Of a stretch of 64,000 bases of DNA, positions 63,265 to 64,000 are shown piece by piece (within the stretch, counting starts at the first letter, position 1; every line of letters begins with the position of its first letter). The notes beneath the pieces are model-generated. The model saw only the letters and a program-made list of their open reading frames with translations, was not told the origin of the DNA and did no database searches. This stretch comes from Malacoraja senta (lineage: Eukaryota), in the NCBI GenBank assembly GCA_038087875.1, contig CM075994.1, positions 310,001 to 374,000 on the forward strand, written 5' to 3'. The position numbers and the translations under genes are program-made.

Positions 63265-63960
63265 TCAGTCTTTTTTCCAGCACGTTTCCCAACCATTGGA
63301 CCTCCGTTTGACTCCCATGGTAGCATTCTCATTATTTGATACCTTTTGTATTAACTCTGCCCGTTCCTTTTCTTCACCCAGTGTCTGAATTCGCTCCATG
63401 AACCCGGGCCTCGCCTCTCCTTTTTCAAACTGAATCATGAGGTCAATGTAAGCTGGGATGGATAATGGGTTCGGCCTCAGAACTATTTCTTCAAGTCGTC
63501 TAATGCAAAAGTCGCCAGGATCTGAATGTTTTCTGTAATATCTCTTCCAAACATAGAAAGAATCGAATCAAAGACATATTTCTGTGTGTGAGTCAGGCGA
63601 GCCAGGGAGGCTTGAGTAACAAAACACACGTCGTCGATCTGATCAACACCCTGTGCAGAAGTGAAGAACTCGCGGATTTGCTCAGTGATCAGTTTATCCC
63701 GGCTGATGCCCCTTGTGTCTCAGAATCCTGGCGTGCCAATGATCATCAGAGAGTAATCGATGTTAAATCCTACCTGATGGTGGAGGTGGTAGGCAGTGAT
63801 GGAGGATGTCTGACTCTCAGCCTGGGATTTTCCTGTCTCTTCCCGTATTAACTTGTATCTGAAGTAGTCTCCCCATTCTACACCCAAGATGTAGTTGATC
63901 ATCCCCGAAACTAACAGAGTTGTAGTCACTATCGTAAGATTGGTTGAGGCTCCCGTAGAG
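63265..63960 (-). pseudogene. Septin-type/AIG1-like P-loop GTPase pseudogene (fish-type family often fused to FN3 or stonustoxin-like domains)
   Basis: GMINYILGVEWGDYFRYKLI...SQAESQTS...YSLMIIGTPGF*DTRGISRDKLITEQIREFF...QIDDVCFVTQASLARLTHTQKYVFDSILSMFGRDITENIQILATFA, then a jump to RLEEIVLRPNPLSIPAYIDLMI. One stop; Walker A and the middle region are missing. Confidence 0.82.
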
Positions 63961-64000
63961 ACATTAGCATGGGTAACTTAATGCCGCCCCAGTCAGAAAC

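Overview
Vertebrate nuclear DNA, very likely from a cartilaginous fish (skate/ray-type repeat content: CR1/HER1-like LINEs with partner tRNA-derived HE1-like SINEs, Rex1, L1, Tx1, L2, Penelope, DIRS). Most of the window is nested transposable elements, and I found no prokaryotic features. Host-gene material is limited to four things. (1) A spliced CD2/SLAM/CD58-like Ig-superfamily gene (signal-IgV-IgC2-TM, 50.7-61.7 kb) with frameshifts, plus rearranged and inverted paralogous pieces at 3-10 kb and 31-38 kb. (2) An isolated TDP2 first exon carried inside a 4.5-kb TIR/TSD-bounded DNA transposon. (3) A decayed septin-type/AIG1-like GTPase at the right edge. (4) A few unassigned exon-like segments. 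Notable structures are a 2.3-kb palindromic Penelope insertion and short fold-back derivatives carrying hammerhead-like cores, ISL2EU-like elements with two inward-facing THAP exons, an L2 LINE with a 2A-like motif, an internal inversion and a 2037-bp triplication, and a deleted ERV with a tRNA-Ser primer site. All family assignments come from motif recognition by eye; no database search was run, and many TE boundaries are approximate.
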